Origin: Gemmatimonadota bacterium
GTDB lineage: Bacteria; Gemmatimonadota; Gemmatimonadetes; Gemmatimonadales; GWC2-71-9
Reading direction: 5' to 3'
DNA: 64,000 nt
NCBI GenBank assembly: GCA_041486305.1
Contig: JBGPLG010000002.1
Location: 70,970-134,969, forward strand
Each line of letters opens with the position of its first letter. Position 1 is the first letter of the stretch. Positions 19,819 through 29,778 of this stretch are shown here, in pieces. Both the position numbers and the translations under genes were made by a program. The notes beneath the pieces were generated by a model, which saw only the letters and a list, made by a program, of their open reading frames with translations, made no database searches and was not told the origin of the DNA.

Positions 19819-20829
19819 TTACATGGGGAGCGCGCGCCCCACGCTCCAGTACAGGGCCAGCAGCAGAATCAGCGCCCCGCCATAAGCCCCCACCGCCCAG
19901 TGGGGACGCGCCACGGCCCACCAGACCAGCAGCGCCAGCACGCCGTTGACCGCCATCACCGCCCCGCTCACCTGGGCATGCGTGAGCCCCGCCTGGACGG
20001 CGCGCTGGTAGGCATGGCTCCGATGCGCGGCGAACCAGCGCTCTCCCCGCGCAAACCGCCGGAGCAGGGTGATCGTGGCATCGAGGAGGAACACCCCCAG
20101 CAGCACCAGCCACCCGGTGGCCGGGACGTCCCCGCGCTGGCTGGTCAGCACGCCCAGCGACGCGAGCATGAACCCCAGAAACACCGAGCCCACATCACCC
20201 AGGAAAATCCGGGCCGGCGACCAGTTCCACGGCAGGAATCCCGCCGCCGCGACCGCCACCAGCGCCGCGAGCCAGGCGGGCTCCAGGTCCTCGGCGCGCC
20301 AGCACAGCAGCATCGCCGCGAGTCCGACGGTGAGCGCCTCTCCCGCGGCGAGCCCGTCGATGCCGTCCATGAAGTTGAAGAGATTGGCCATCCACACAAT
20401 GCCCAGCACCGTGAGGATGGGGCCGAGAACGCCAAGACGGAGCGTGCCGCCGGCCTCGAGTGTTTCGACCGGGCCGAAGCAGTACACCACCCATGCCGCG
20501 GCGGCGAGATGCACCAGGAACCGGATCGACTGGGGCACTCCGCGCCGGTCGTCGAACCAGCTCACCAGCGCCACCGCCGCGCCCGAGGGCACCAGCGCCA
20601 GCGCGATGGTCCCGCGAACCCACCCGCCGGCCGTCGCCGCCAGGAGTCCCGCGAGCACCACCACGACGATGGCGACGCCGCCGCCTCGCGGTGTCGGGGT
20701 CGAGTGGGAGCTCCTCTCGTTGGGAACGTCGAGCAGAGACCGGGCCACGGCAAAGCGGAGCACTAGGCCGGTTCCCCACCAGCTCGCGGCCAGGGCGAAC
20801 GCAAGCGTGACGACCGCCCCGCCGATCAT
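19819..20829 (-). CDS. polyprenyl-phosphate hexosamine-1-phosphate transferase (GT4 MraY/WecA/WbpL family)
   Basis: Start re-set to ATG 20827-20829, which gives an ATGA overlap with the upstream epimerase stop. Motifs DVPNERSSH and NLFNFMDGIDGLAAGE. Confidence 0.8.
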   Translation of the reverse strand: MIGGAVVTLAFALAASWWGTGLVLRFAVARSLLDVPNERSSHSTPTPRGGGVAIVVVVLAGLLAATAGGWVRGTIALALVPSGAAVALVSWFDDRRGVPQSIRFLVHLAAAAWVVYCFGPVETLEAGGTLRLGVLGPILTVLGIVWMANLFNFMDGIDGLAAGEALTVGLAAMLLCWRAEDLEPAWLAALVAVAAAGFLPWNWSPARIFLGDVGSVFLGFMLASLGVLTSQRGDVPATGWLVLLGVFLLDATITLLRRFARGERWFAAHRSHAYQRAVQAGLTHAQVSGAVMAVNGVLALLVWWAVARPHWAVGAYGGALILLLALYWSVGRALPM

Positions 20830-21800
20830 CGCGGCCGCTCCCGGAACCATTGCGCCACCGCGCGCCAGCCATCCTCCGGCGTCTCGGGCGGCCGGAATCC
20901 GGTCCATTCCGCAAGCTTCGCCGTGGACACCAGCAGCGATCCGGTCAGGCGCTCGACCTCCGCGCTGGTCACCGGGAAACGCACCAGGCGGCTGATCGCG
21001 TCACCAGCCCGTCCGACGGCCCTGAAGAGCATCGGCGGGAGTCGAAACAGGCGGGCGCGCCGTCCGAGTCCGTCCGCAATCGCTCGGATCAATTCCGGGG
21101 TGGAGAGGTCGACTCCGTCGGCCACGAAGAACACTTCACCATCAAGGCCGGGGGTACCGGCCAGGGCGCGCACCGCCGCCACCAAGTTGCCGGTCGACAG
21201 CATGCTGCGGCGATTCTCGATTCCGCCGAACGGCAGCGGAACGCCGAGGCTCACCAACGATACCAGCCGCAACACGTTTCCGGGTGCGCCGGGCCCATAG
21301 ACGAGGGGGAACCGCATCACGACAGTGTCGATGCCTCGCTCGGCGGCGGCAGCCAACGCCGCCCGCTCCGACTCAAGCTTGCTCAGGCCGTAGGGGTCGA
21401 GCGGCGCGGGCCTTGTCTCCTCGGTCCAGGGAATCAGGGTCGACTCGCCCACTGCCTTGACCGAGCTTGCCACCAGCACACGGCGCACCCCCGCATCGGC
21501 CGCGGCCTCGACCGCAGCGCGGGTGCCCTCGACGTTGACCCGGCGAAAGGCGGCGAGGGGATCGCCCGTGTCGTCGCGAAGCCGGTGCACGCGCCCCGCC
21601 AGATGCACCACGACATCGGCGCCCGCGAACGCCCGGGCCAGCGCGCTTCGTTCGAGATCGTGAATTTCAGCTCGTTCGAGACCTTCCACCGGCGGAGGCG
21701 CCCCGGGCCGGCGCACTTCCCTGACCGGCGCTCCGGCCTCCACCAGCGCCTGGCACAGGGCCGTGCCGATGAACCCACCGGCGCCGGTGACCGCGATCAT
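20826..21800 (-). CDS. NAD-dependent NDP-sugar epimerase/dehydratase (SDR)
   Basis: N-terminus MIAVTGAGGFIG and Y-x3-K region (DPYGLSKLESE). Confidence 0.75.
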   Translation of the reverse strand: MIAVTGAGGFIGTALCQALVEAGAPVREVRRPGAPPPVEGLERAEIHDLERSALARAFAGADVVVHLAGRVHRLRDDTGDPLAAFRRVNVEGTRAAVEAAADAGVRRVLVASSVKAVGESTLIPWTEETRPAPLDPYGLSKLESERAALAAAAERGIDTVVMRFPLVYGPGAPGNVLRLVSLVSLGVPLPFGGIENRRSMLSTGNLVAAVRALAGTPGLDGEVFFVADGVDLSTPELIRAIADGLGRRARLFRLPPMLFRAVGRAGDAISRLVRFPVTSAEVERLTGSLLVSTAKLAEWTGFRPPETPEDGWRAVAQWFRERPR

Positions 21801-21825
21801 GCCATGACTCGGACGGAAGAGTGGC

Positions 21826-22905
21826 TCAATACTCCAGCGGCAGGGCTACCCGCCGGCCATCGCGCGCGGAGAGGTAGGTGGCGATCAGAATCTCGAGCGA
21901 ATGCAGCCCCTCGCGGCCGTCGGTGTCGGGGGCGGCGGCGCCTCGGAGGGTCTGGATCACATTCTCGTAGTAGCGCGGGTGGCCGTGGCCGTACACCGAG
22001 GTGGTGTCGTAGCTGGCCCGCTCCACCTCCTGGTCCATCGGATCGGTCCCCTCGAATTCCCAGTGCTCGATTTTGTTCACCGCCATCCCGCCCACCCGCA
22101 CGGTGCCCTTCTCCCCCAGGACGGTAATCGACCCCTCGAGATTCTTGGGGAAGGTCACCATGGTCACGTTGAGCGAGCCCAGGGTGCCCGCCCGCCACCG
22201 GAGCGCCAGGACCCCGGTGTCTTCGACCTCGATATTGCGCACCAGGGTCCCGGTGTAGGCCTGCACGCTCTCCACCGGCCCGATGAGCCAGTCCAGCATG
22301 TCCACGTAGTGGCTGGCCTGGTTCATGAACGCCCCGCCGTCAAATTCCCAGGTTCCCCGCCACGCCGCGCTGTCGTAGTACGCCTGGGGCCTGCTCCAGA
22401 AGACGTTGACGGTCACCATGCAGATCCGGCCGAACCGCTTGGCGTCCACCGCGCGCTTGAGCAGTTGCAGGGTCGGGTTCCGGCGGTTCTGCTTCACCAC
22501 GAAGAGGTGCACGCCGGCCTCATCGCAGGCCTGGACCATGGCCTTGCCATCCTGCCACCGGGTGGCCATCGGCTTCTCGGTCATGACGTGCCGGCCCGAC
22601 TCGGCGACCCGGATGGCCTGCTGGGCGTGGAGCCCGCTCGGCGTGGCGAGGATCACGATGTCGGGATCGGAACCCAGCAGCAGCGCCTCGAGGGAGAGGA
22701 ACCCGGGAGCACCGGTCCGCGCGGCGGCGCGCTCCAGCGCCGCAGGGTCGATGTCGGCGACGCCCACCAGCTCGGCGGCCTCGGCGTGGGCGGCCAGGGC
22801 CTCGAAGTGATTGGCCGAGATCCGCCCGCAACCGACCAGCGCGAAGCGGACCTTTCGCCCGACGATCCCGGGCTTCCGGACGAAGAGGTCGGTGGATTCC
22901 CTCAC
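21826..22905 (-). CDS. Gfo/Idh/MocA-family NDP-sugar oxidoreductase (WbpB-like)
   Basis: Rossmann start RFALVGCGRISANHFEAL, plus MTEKPMA and a C-terminal alpha/beta domain. There is no ATG before the Rossmann fold. GTG at 22903-22905 overlaps the hflX stop (GTGA), so the start was set there. Confidence 0.65.
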   Translation of the reverse strand: MRESTDLFVRKPGIVGRKVRFALVGCGRISANHFEALAAHAEAAELVGVADIDPAALERAAARTGAPGFLSLEALLLGSDPDIVILATPSGLHAQQAIRVAESGRHVMTEKPMATRWQDGKAMVQACDEAGVHLFVVKQNRRNPTLQLLKRAVDAKRFGRICMVTVNVFWSRPQAYYDSAAWRGTWEFDGGAFMNQASHYVDMLDWLIGPVESVQAYTGTLVRNIEVEDTGVLALRWRAGTLGSLNVTMVTFPKNLEGSITVLGEKGTVRVGGMAVNKIEHWEFEGTDPMDQEVERASYDTTSVYGHGHPRYYENVIQTLRGAAAPDTDGREGLHSLEILIATYLSARDGRRVALPLEY

Positions 22906-24173
22906 GCGGCGCCGTTGGTGAGGCTCAGCTGGCGGGCCCGCCAGCTCTCCATGCGCACCGTGAGGACCACGCCCTCCGCGGTATGCTCGCGGGCCAGCAC
23001 CTCCCCGGCACGGTAGATCGCCGCGAGCCGGGCGCCGTCTCCCTCGGGAATCACGACCCGCACGGTGGGACGACCCTCGCGGGACCGCTCCCGGAGCGCG
23101 GCCTTGATCGCGTCCACTCCATCGGTCCGCATGGTGGTGGCGAACACCGCGCCGGGGTAGACCTGGCTGATCCGCTGGGCGAACGCCGTGGGGTCGGGGA
23201 CCAGGTCCATCTTGTTGAACACCATGATCACCGGCCGGTCGGTCAGGTCCAGCTCGCCGAGGACCTCCTCCACCACGGCCACCTGCTCCTCCCACTCGGG
23301 ATGGCTGGCATCGATCACGTGGAGCAGCACGTCGGCCTCGCGGGCCTCCTCGAGGGTAGCCCGGAAGCTGGCGACCAGATGGTGGGGCAGCTTGCGGATG
23401 AATCCGACGGTATCGGTCACCCGGCCGCGAAGGCCGTCGCCGACGTCCACTTCACGGGTGAGCGTGTCGAGCGTGGCGAAGAGGCGGTCTTCGACGAAGA
23501 TGTCGTGATCGCCGGTGAGGGCCCGCAGCACGCTCGACTTGCCGGCATTGGTATAACCGACCAGCGACGCGTGAAGCACCTGCTGCCGCCCGCCCCGGAT
23601 GGTTTCCCGGTGCCGGGCGACATCCTGCAGCTTGCCGCGAAGGTGCTGGATCTTCTGCCGGATCATCCGGCGGTCGGTTTCCAGCTGGGTTTCGCCGGGC
23701 CCGCGCAGGCCGATACCGCCGCGGATGCGGGACAAGTGGGTCCACATCCGGGTCAGCCGAGGCAGCAGGTATTCGAGCTGGGCCAGCTCCACCTGCAGCT
23801 TGGCTTCCGCGGTGCGCGCCCGGGTCGAGAAGATGTCCAGAATGAGCTCGGCCCGGTCCATGACGCGGATACCGAGCTCGCGCTCGAGATTCGAGCCCTG
23901 CACCGGGCTCAGCTCTTCGTCGAAGATCGCCAGGGTCGCGCCGGTTTCCTGAACCAGCGCCTTCAGCTCCTCGACCTTGCCCTCGCCGAGCAGGGTCGCG
24001 GGGCTCGGCGCGGCCACCTGTTGGGTCAGCCGCCCCACGACCGTGGCGCCGGCCGTGTCCACCAGACGTCCCAACTCGTCGAGATGCTCCTGCACCTGGG
24101 ACACCGCGCGCGACCCCTTGCGGGACACCGCCACCAGCAGCGCCTTTTCGGCGGGCGCCTGGACGTTGATCAA
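22902..24173 (-). CDS. hflX: GTPase HflX
   Basis: HflX N-domain (ELGRLVDTAGATVVG), G-domain G1 motif GYTNAGKSS, plus DTVGF and NKMD. The start codon is TTG at 24171-24173. Confidence 0.85.
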   Translation of the reverse strand: MINVQAPAEKALLVAVSRKGSRAVSQVQEHLDELGRLVDTAGATVVGRLTQQVAAPSPATLLGEGKVEELKALVQETGATLAIFDEELSPVQGSNLERELGIRVMDRAELILDIFSTRARTAEAKLQVELAQLEYLLPRLTRMWTHLSRIRGGIGLRGPGETQLETDRRMIRQKIQHLRGKLQDVARHRETIRGGRQQVLHASLVGYTNAGKSSVLRALTGDHDIFVEDRLFATLDTLTREVDVGDGLRGRVTDTVGFIRKLPHHLVASFRATLEEAREADVLLHVIDASHPEWEEQVAVVEEVLGELDLTDRPVIMVFNKMDLVPDPTAFAQRISQVYPGAVFATTMRTDGVDAIKAALRERSREGRPTVRVVIPEGDGARLAAIYRAGEVLAREHTAEGVVLTVRMESWRARQLSLTNGAA

Positions 24174-24249
24174 CTCTCGGATGTTCGGCCTCGACGTTCG
24201 GGGAAACCGGTACCACCACCGAGGAAGATAATGCCACCGGACGACCGCC

Positions 24250-25578
24250 TCACCGCCCCCCGCTCTCGGCCCCCGGCTCCCCGTCCTCCGCCGCCTTTCG
24301 CCACCACGCCATCCGCTCCGCCACCTTCTTCTCGTACCCCAGCGTGCCGGGCGCGTACAACTCCCGGTTCGCGAGCGAGTCTGGGAGATGGTCCTGCTTC
24401 ACGTAGTGACCCGGATAGTCGTGGGCATAGCGATACTCCGCCCCGTATCCCAGCTGCTTCATCAGCGCCGTCGGCGCGTTGCGCAGGTGCACCGGCACCG
24501 GCTCGGCCGGCGTCTCCCGGGCGAGCTCCAGCGCGGCGCCGAGCGCCTTGACCACGCTGTTGGACTTGGGCGCCGTGGCCAGGTAGATCGTCATCTCCGC
24601 GAGCGGCAGGTATCCCTCGGGAGGCCCCAGCTGGCGGAACGCCTCCCGCGCCGCTACCGCCAGCTGGAGCGCCTGCGGATCCGCCAGTCCGATGTCTTCC
24701 GCCGCCATCGCGATGGCGCGGCGGAACAGCACCAGCGGGTCCTCCCCACCCTCGAGCATCCGCGCCATCCAGTACAGCGCGCCCTGCGGGTCGCTGCCCC
24801 GGAGAGACTTGTGGTAGGCGGAGAGGAGATTGAAGTGCTCTTCGCCCGACTGGTCGTACTTCGGAATCCGCCGCGCGAACGCCTCGCCCATGACCGCGAG
24901 GGTGACGGCGCCGCCCTGTCCCACCTGCAGCGCGGCCGCCTCCAGCGCATTGAGCGCCCGGCGGGCGTCGCCGTCCGCCTGGATCGACAGCCACTGGAGC
25001 GCCTCGTCCTCGACCTCGAGCTCGAGCCCGCCCAGCCCGCGATCCCGATCCGTGAGGGCGGCGCGCGCCACCATCTCGATGTCCGCCGGGGTGAGCGGTT
25101 GCAGCACGAAGACCTGGCACCGGCTGAGCAGCGCCGCGTTCAGGCTGAAGCTGGGATTTTCCGTGGTGGCGCCGACGAGGGCAACGGTGCCGCGTTCCAC
25201 GTGGGGAAGGAACGCGTCCTGCTGGGCCCGGTTGAAGCGGTGGATCTCGTCGCAGAAGAGGATCGTGCCCCGGCCCAGGCGCCGGCGCTCCTCCGCCTCC
25301 TTGATGATCTCGCGAACCCGCTGCACGCCCTCGGTCACGGCGCTGAACCCGATGAAGGCGCGGCCGGTGTGCTGGGCGATCAGGTGGGCGAGCGACGTCT
25401 TGCCGGTGCCGGGCGGGCCCCAGAGAATGGCGCTGCCCAGGTCGCCGCGGCGGAGCGCGTCCCCGAGCGTCCGCCCCGGCGCCAGCAGGTGCTCCTGCCC
25501 CGCGAACTCGGGAATGGTCCGGGGCCGCATCCGGGCCGCGAGCGGCGCGGGCGTCGAGAAGAGCTCGGGCTCGTCCAC
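24250..25578 (-). CDS. rarA: replication-associated recombination protein A (AAA+ ATPase)
   Basis: Walker A GPPGTGKTS, Walker B ILFCDEIHRF, GATTENPSF and the MgsA C-terminal domain (YDQSGEEHFNLLSAYHKSLRGSD). GTG start. Confidence 0.85.
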   Translation of the reverse strand: MDEPELFSTPAPLAARMRPRTIPEFAGQEHLLAPGRTLGDALRRGDLGSAILWGPPGTGKTSLAHLIAQHTGRAFIGFSAVTEGVQRVREIIKEAEERRRLGRGTILFCDEIHRFNRAQQDAFLPHVERGTVALVGATTENPSFSLNAALLSRCQVFVLQPLTPADIEMVARAALTDRDRGLGGLELEVEDEALQWLSIQADGDARRALNALEAAALQVGQGGAVTLAVMGEAFARRIPKYDQSGEEHFNLLSAYHKSLRGSDPQGALYWMARMLEGGEDPLVLFRRAIAMAAEDIGLADPQALQLAVAAREAFRQLGPPEGYLPLAEMTIYLATAPKSNSVVKALGAALELARETPAEPVPVHLRNAPTALMKQLGYGAEYRYAHDYPGHYVKQDHLPDSLANRELYAPGTLGYEKKVAERMAWWRKAAEDGEPGAESGGR

Positions 25579-25583
25579 CGCCG

Positions 25584-26309
25584 TCAGCCTCCCTTACCGG
25601 CCAGCGTGCGAAGGAGGATCAGGGCCGCGGCGCCTCCCAGGAACGCGAGGGTGGTCCGGGGCCGCCGGCCCCGCTGGATCTCGGGCACCAGATTGGACGC
25701 AGCCACGTAGAGCGTGACCCCGGCGGCCAACGCCAGCCCGTAGCGCGCCAGCGGCGCTACCGCCGCGGTGACCAGCGCCCCGATGATGGTCGCGATGCCG
25801 AGGATGACCCCCGACGCGATCGCCCGGCGCCGGCCCAGGCCGCTCGCGAGCATGATGCTCGACACGGTGACGCCCTCCGGAAGCTTGTGGAGTATCACAC
25901 CCAGGAAGAAAGCCACCCCGAGGCTCCAGGACACCAGGAATCCGCTCGCGATCGCCACCCCGTCGAAGAAGGCATGCAGGGTGAGCCCCACCAGCGCGCT
26001 GTAACCCGCCTCTGGACCGACGTGGTGGGTTTCGACGCCGAAGTGGAAATGGGGCGTGATCACGTGCTGGGCCACGTGCACCAGGCCGTACCCCAGGAGC
26101 ACCAGGAGTCCGGCCGTCGGGCTCGCCGTACCCTCGGAGCCAAAGACGACCGGGAGCACTCCGATGAGCACCAGCGCCAGCATGAAGCCGGCCCCGAAGG
26201 CGAGACAGGTCTCGATGAACGCCAGGCTGCGCTTCTCCTGCCGCACCACCGCCAGCGCCCCCACCACGTTGCCCACCGCGGCGCCCGCGGCGAAGATCAG
26301 CGGGCTCAC
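25584..26309 (-). CDS. ZIP-family divalent metal transporter
   Basis: Polytopic membrane protein with HAFFDGVAIA and HKLPEGVTV motifs. Start set at GTG 26307-26309, overlapping the cca stop (GTGA). The upstream 188 codons of the track ORF are Gly/Arg/Pro noise. Confidence 0.7.
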   Translation of the reverse strand: MSPLIFAAGAAVGNVVGALAVVRQEKRSLAFIETCLAFGAGFMLALVLIGVLPVVFGSEGTASPTAGLLVLLGYGLVHVAQHVITPHFHFGVETHHVGPEAGYSALVGLTLHAFFDGVAIASGFLVSWSLGVAFFLGVILHKLPEGVTVSSIMLASGLGRRRAIASGVILGIATIIGALVTAAVAPLARYGLALAAGVTLYVAASNLVPEIQRGRRPRTTLAFLGGAAALILLRTLAGKGG

Positions 26310-27490
26310 CGCCACGACTTCACCAGCGCCAGCAGCGTTTCGCGGGTGTTGCGGGCCGGATCCTCGAGCACCGCCTCGAGCATCTTCTCCAACAGCCGTC
26401 CCATTTCGGGGCCGGGTGGGACGCCCCCCGCCCGGAGATCGTCTCCGGTCAGCGCCAGCTGCCCTCGAGAAGTCGCCTCCCCCCGCGCCCGGCTCCGCTC
26501 CACCGCGGCCGCCCACACCGGCGGGCTGCCCCGGCGAACCTCGGCCAGGCGCATCAGGTCGTCCGCGGCATCCCCCACCCGCGCAAGCCAGCGCCGAACC
26601 ACCGCCGCCTCGGCAGACTCGGGCTCGGCGGGACCCCGGCTCAGGGCCTGGCCCCGCGCGATCTCGGCGTTGGACGCCTTGAGGCGCGACAGCACACCCC
26701 CCGCGGAGTGACACAGGGCGGCCGTGAGGACCACGGGATCCCGATCCACGATCGGCTCGGCGATCTGCGGTGCGTCGGGGAGCTCCGGCATCCAGATCCG
26801 GGCCGCGCCGACCTCGCGCCAGGCACGCGCCAGCTCCAGCACCGACCGGGCCGACTCGAGCCCCTTGAACCACTCCTCCCGCACCCGCTCCGCCGAGAGA
26901 CTCTTGAGCTGCGGCGCGGAGGCCTTCGCGGCTTCCCAGGTGGGCGGATCGATCGTGAATCCGAATCGCGCTGCGAACCGCACCATCCGGAGAATCCGGA
27001 GATAGTCCTCTTCGAATCGTCGCGCCGGCGCGCCGACCGCGCGCACCACCCCCGCCGCCAGATCTCCGGCGCCGGCGAACGGATCGCGCAGCTCCTGCCT
27101 GAACGGGTGCCAGGCCAGCGCGTTAATGGTGAAGTCCCGCCGGGCCAGGTCCTCGTCGATGGAGCCGCCGAACTCCACCACCGCGTGGCGGCCGTCGGTG
27201 GAGACATCGCGCCGGAACGTGGTGACCTCGTGCAGCCGCCGGTCCCGGTCGAGCACGCCCACCGTGCCGTGCTTCACCCCGACCGCGACCGTCCGGGGAA
27301 ACAGTGCCTGCACCTGCTCCGGCGTCGCGGCGGTGGCGAGGTCCACGTCCTGATCGGCGTGCCCCAGCCACCAGTCGCGCACCGCTCCCCCGACGCACCA
27401 GGTCTCGAACCCGGCGCCTTCCAGCGTCCGGGCGATGTCGAGCACCGGCGCGGGGAGCAGCATGGGAGCTCTCGCGGCGGGCCCCGTCAT
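26306..27490 (-). CDS. cca: CCA tRNA nucleotidyltransferase / poly(A) polymerase family protein
   Basis: Head domain motif WCVGGAVRDWWLG..DVDLAT, followed by RRDFTINALA. Confidence 0.75.
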   Translation of the reverse strand: MTGPAARAPMLLPAPVLDIARTLEGAGFETWCVGGAVRDWWLGHADQDVDLATAATPEQVQALFPRTVAVGVKHGTVGVLDRDRRLHEVTTFRRDVSTDGRHAVVEFGGSIDEDLARRDFTINALAWHPFRQELRDPFAGAGDLAAGVVRAVGAPARRFEEDYLRILRMVRFAARFGFTIDPPTWEAAKASAPQLKSLSAERVREEWFKGLESARSVLELARAWREVGAARIWMPELPDAPQIAEPIVDRDPVVLTAALCHSAGGVLSRLKASNAEIARGQALSRGPAEPESAEAAVVRRWLARVGDAADDLMRLAEVRRGSPPVWAAAVERSRARGEATSRGQLALTGDDLRAGGVPPGPEMGRLLEKMLEAVLEDPARNTRETLLALVKSWR

Positions 27491-28446
27491 GCCGTCGCGC
27501 CGCCGTAGCGAACCCCGGCCGAAAGGCAGAGCGCCAGCTCGAGCCGAGCCAGCGATACCGGTCTGGGTCCGGCCGGAATCACGCCCAGCCGGATCAGCTG
27601 GCCGCCGCCGCCCTCGAAGGCGTACTCACCGCCCACCTCGCCGAACGGGCACCGGCTGGCCAGCACGACCGGCTTGCCGGCATCGAGCCACCGGCGAATG
27701 GCCGGCACCGCGCCGGGTGGCACGTTTCCGCGGCCGAACCCCTCGACGATCAATCCGTCGAAGCGCGTGAGAGCGAAGTCCACCAGGTCCCCGTCATCGC
27801 CGAGGATCAGCGGAATGACGGCGACTCGCGGGCCCGGGTCCCTGGCCCCGAGCACGGAACGGCCGGGATCGCCGGGCCGGGAAAACCGGGGCAGCCCCGC
27901 GTCCACCACCCCGAGCGGCGTTTCATAGGGCGATCCGAAGGCATCGGTTCCGAAGGAGTCGAGCTTGGTCACCGCGCGCCCGTCGAAGATCCTCCCGGCA
28001 AACACCACCATCGCGCCCCGGTTTCGGGCGTCGGCATGGCCGGCCACCGCCACGGCGTCCCGGAGATTCCTCGGCCCGTCCCAGTCCGGGTCGCTCGACG
28101 TCCGCATCGAGCCGGTCACCACAATGGGAATGTCGGGCGGGATGGTGCGCGACAGGAGATAGGCGGTCTCTTCAAGGGTGTCGGTGCCATGGGTGATCAC
28201 GACGCCGGCCGGTGCGTCCGGGCCGGTCACGATGGCGCGGACCCGGTCCCGCATGGCCCAGACCTCGACCGGCCCCCGATGAACCCCGGGCAGCCGCTCC
28301 CAGTCCTCGACCCGGATCTCGTGGGTCGTCCCCAGATCGCCCATCATCGCGAGCAGCTCGCGGCCTCCCAGCGCGGGGACGTTGCCGCCGGCGACCGGGT
28401 TCCGCTGCATGGCGATGGTGCCGCCGGTGGCGAGGAGGTGGATCAA
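27487..28446 (-). CDS. L-asparaginase (type I-like)
   Basis: N-terminal catalytic motif LLATGGTIAM, then HGTDTLEETA. TTG start at 28446. The stop overlaps the cca ATG (ATGA). Confidence 0.75.
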   Translation of the reverse strand: MIHLLATGGTIAMQRNPVAGGNVPALGGRELLAMMGDLGTTHEIRVEDWERLPGVHRGPVEVWAMRDRVRAIVTGPDAPAGVVITHGTDTLEETAYLLSRTIPPDIPIVVTGSMRTSSDPDWDGPRNLRDAVAVAGHADARNRGAMVVFAGRIFDGRAVTKLDSFGTDAFGSPYETPLGVVDAGLPRFSRPGDPGRSVLGARDPGPRVAVIPLILGDDGDLVDFALTRFDGLIVEGFGRGNVPPGAVPAIRRWLDAGKPVVLASRCPFGEVGGEYAFEGGGGQLIRLGVIPAGPRPVSLARLELALCLSAGVRYGGATA

Positions 28447-28456
28447 GACGCGAAAC

Positions 28457-29209
28457 TCACCCGCACAACACGCTTCCGCCGTTGACGTTGAGGACCTCCC
28501 CCGTCACGTGCCGGGCCAGCGGGCTGCAGAGGAAGAGAATCGGGCCGGCGATGTCCTCGGGGGGAGGAATCCGTTTGAGGGGGATGGTGGCCGCGATCCG
28601 CTCTCGGCCGCCGCCGGCGTACGGGCCCGCGCTCATCTCGGTGTCCACCCAGCCGGGTGCGACGCAGTTGACCGTGATGTCGGGGGCATACTCGACCGCG
28701 AGCGACTTGGTCAGCGAAATCAGCGCCCCCTTGGTGGCGGCGTAGTCGGCGTGGAACCCCTCGCCCCGCTGTCCCGCCGTGCTCGACACCAGCACCACCC
28801 GGCCGCCGGGACCCATCAGGCCCAGCGCGGCCCGCGTGGTGAGAAACACGGCGTCCAGGTTCTGCGCCATCGTGGAGCGCCACCGGGCATCGGTCAGCTT
28901 GCCGAGCCGGACGTCTTCGGCCGGCCAGATTCCGGCGTTCGCCACGAAGCAATCCAGCCCGCCAAGCGCGGCCTTGCATTCGCGGAACACCTTGTCGACG
29001 ACCCGGGGATCGGCCAGGTCGCCGCCGGACGAGAATGCCTTGCGGCCCAGGCCGCGGATTTCCTTGGACACCGCCTCGGCGTCCGCGACCCTGGTGTGAT
29101 ACGTGATCCCGACGTCGGCCCCGGCCCGGGCGAAGAGCAGGGCCGCCGCCCGGCCGATGCCGCGGGAGCCCCCGGTGATGAACACCCGCTGTCCCGACAA
29201 GGAAATCAT
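28457..29209 (-). CDS. SDR-family oxidoreductase (FabG-like)
   Basis: TGGSRGIG cofactor motif, NAG, and the Y-x3-K motif YAATKGAL. Confidence 0.75.
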   Translation of the reverse strand: MISLSGQRVFITGGSRGIGRAAALLFARAGADVGITYHTRVADAEAVSKEIRGLGRKAFSSGGDLADPRVVDKVFRECKAALGGLDCFVANAGIWPAEDVRLGKLTDARWRSTMAQNLDAVFLTTRAALGLMGPGGRVVLVSSTAGQRGEGFHADYAATKGALISLTKSLAVEYAPDITVNCVAPGWVDTEMSAGPYAGGGRERIAATIPLKRIPPPEDIAGPILFLCSPLARHVTGEVLNVNGGSVLCG

Positions 29210-29778
29210 GGCCCCAGGTCCTCCTCGACCGCTTCCACGATGAGATGCTCCAGGGCCAGGTGCAGCTCCTGGATTCGGCTGGTGTCATCCGACGGAACCA
29301 CGATGGCGATGTCGGCCAGCTTCCGGAGCGGCCCGCCGTCCCGGCCCAGGAACGCGGCAACCGGAATCCCCATGGCCCTGGCCGCGCGCGCCGCGGCCAG
29401 GAGATTCGCGCTGGACCCGCTGGTGCTGTGGAGAATCAGCAGGTCCCCGGCGCGGCCCAGCGCCTCCACCTGCCGGGCGAAGATCTGTTCGAACCCCAGG
29501 TCGTTGCCCGCCGCGGTGAGCAGCGACGTGTCGGTAGTGAGGGCCACGGCCCGGAAGGGCCGCCGCGGCCGGCGGAACCGGACCACGTACTCGGTGGCCA
29601 GATGCTGCGCGTCGGCCGCGCTCCCGCCGTTGCCGGCGAAGAAGAGCGTGCCGCCGCCGCTCAGCACGGCCGCGTAGCGCGCCGCGAGGGCCGCCACGTC
29701 GGGGGCGAGCGCCACGGTGGCTTCGGCCGCCCGCGCCAGCGAGAGGAGGCCGGCGCGGATCCGGTCGCCGCCGCTCAT
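29206..29778 (-). CDS. gmhA: SIS-domain D-sedoheptulose-7-phosphate isomerase
   Basis: GNGGSAADAQHLATE, TAAGNDLGFEQIFARQVEALG, HSTSGSSAN and TSRIQELH match the GmhA family pattern. ATGA overlaps at both ends. Confidence 0.7.
   Translation of the reverse strand: MSGGDRIRAGLLSLARAAEATVALAPDVAALAARYAAVLSGGGTLFFAGNGGSAADAQHLATEYVVRFRRPRRPFRAVALTTDTSLLTAAGNDLGFEQIFARQVEALGRAGDLLILHSTSGSSANLLAAARAARAMGIPVAAFLGRDGGPLRKLADIAIVVPSDDTSRIQELHLALEHLIVEAVEEDLGP

Noticed and set aside
19739-20113. N-terminal extensions of track ORFs. Examples are 18506..20113, 21826..23295, 25584..26873, 41402..42832, 47738..48793, 58603..59391, 59199..61136, 62406..63671 and 8599..9777.
   Set aside because: The extended parts overlap the preceding gene in another frame and are Gly/Arg/Pro noise. 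They also precede obvious true N-termini such as signal peptides, Rossmann folds and family-typical starts. Internal ATG/GTG starts, often in ATGA/GTGA overlaps, give products of normal family length.
22902-24173. hflX overlapping the glycan-locus oxidoreductase as evidence that HflX belongs to the polysaccharide system.
   Set aside because: 4-nt overlaps occur between functionally unrelated genes throughout this window. The coupling therefore reflects genome compaction, not necessarily shared function.
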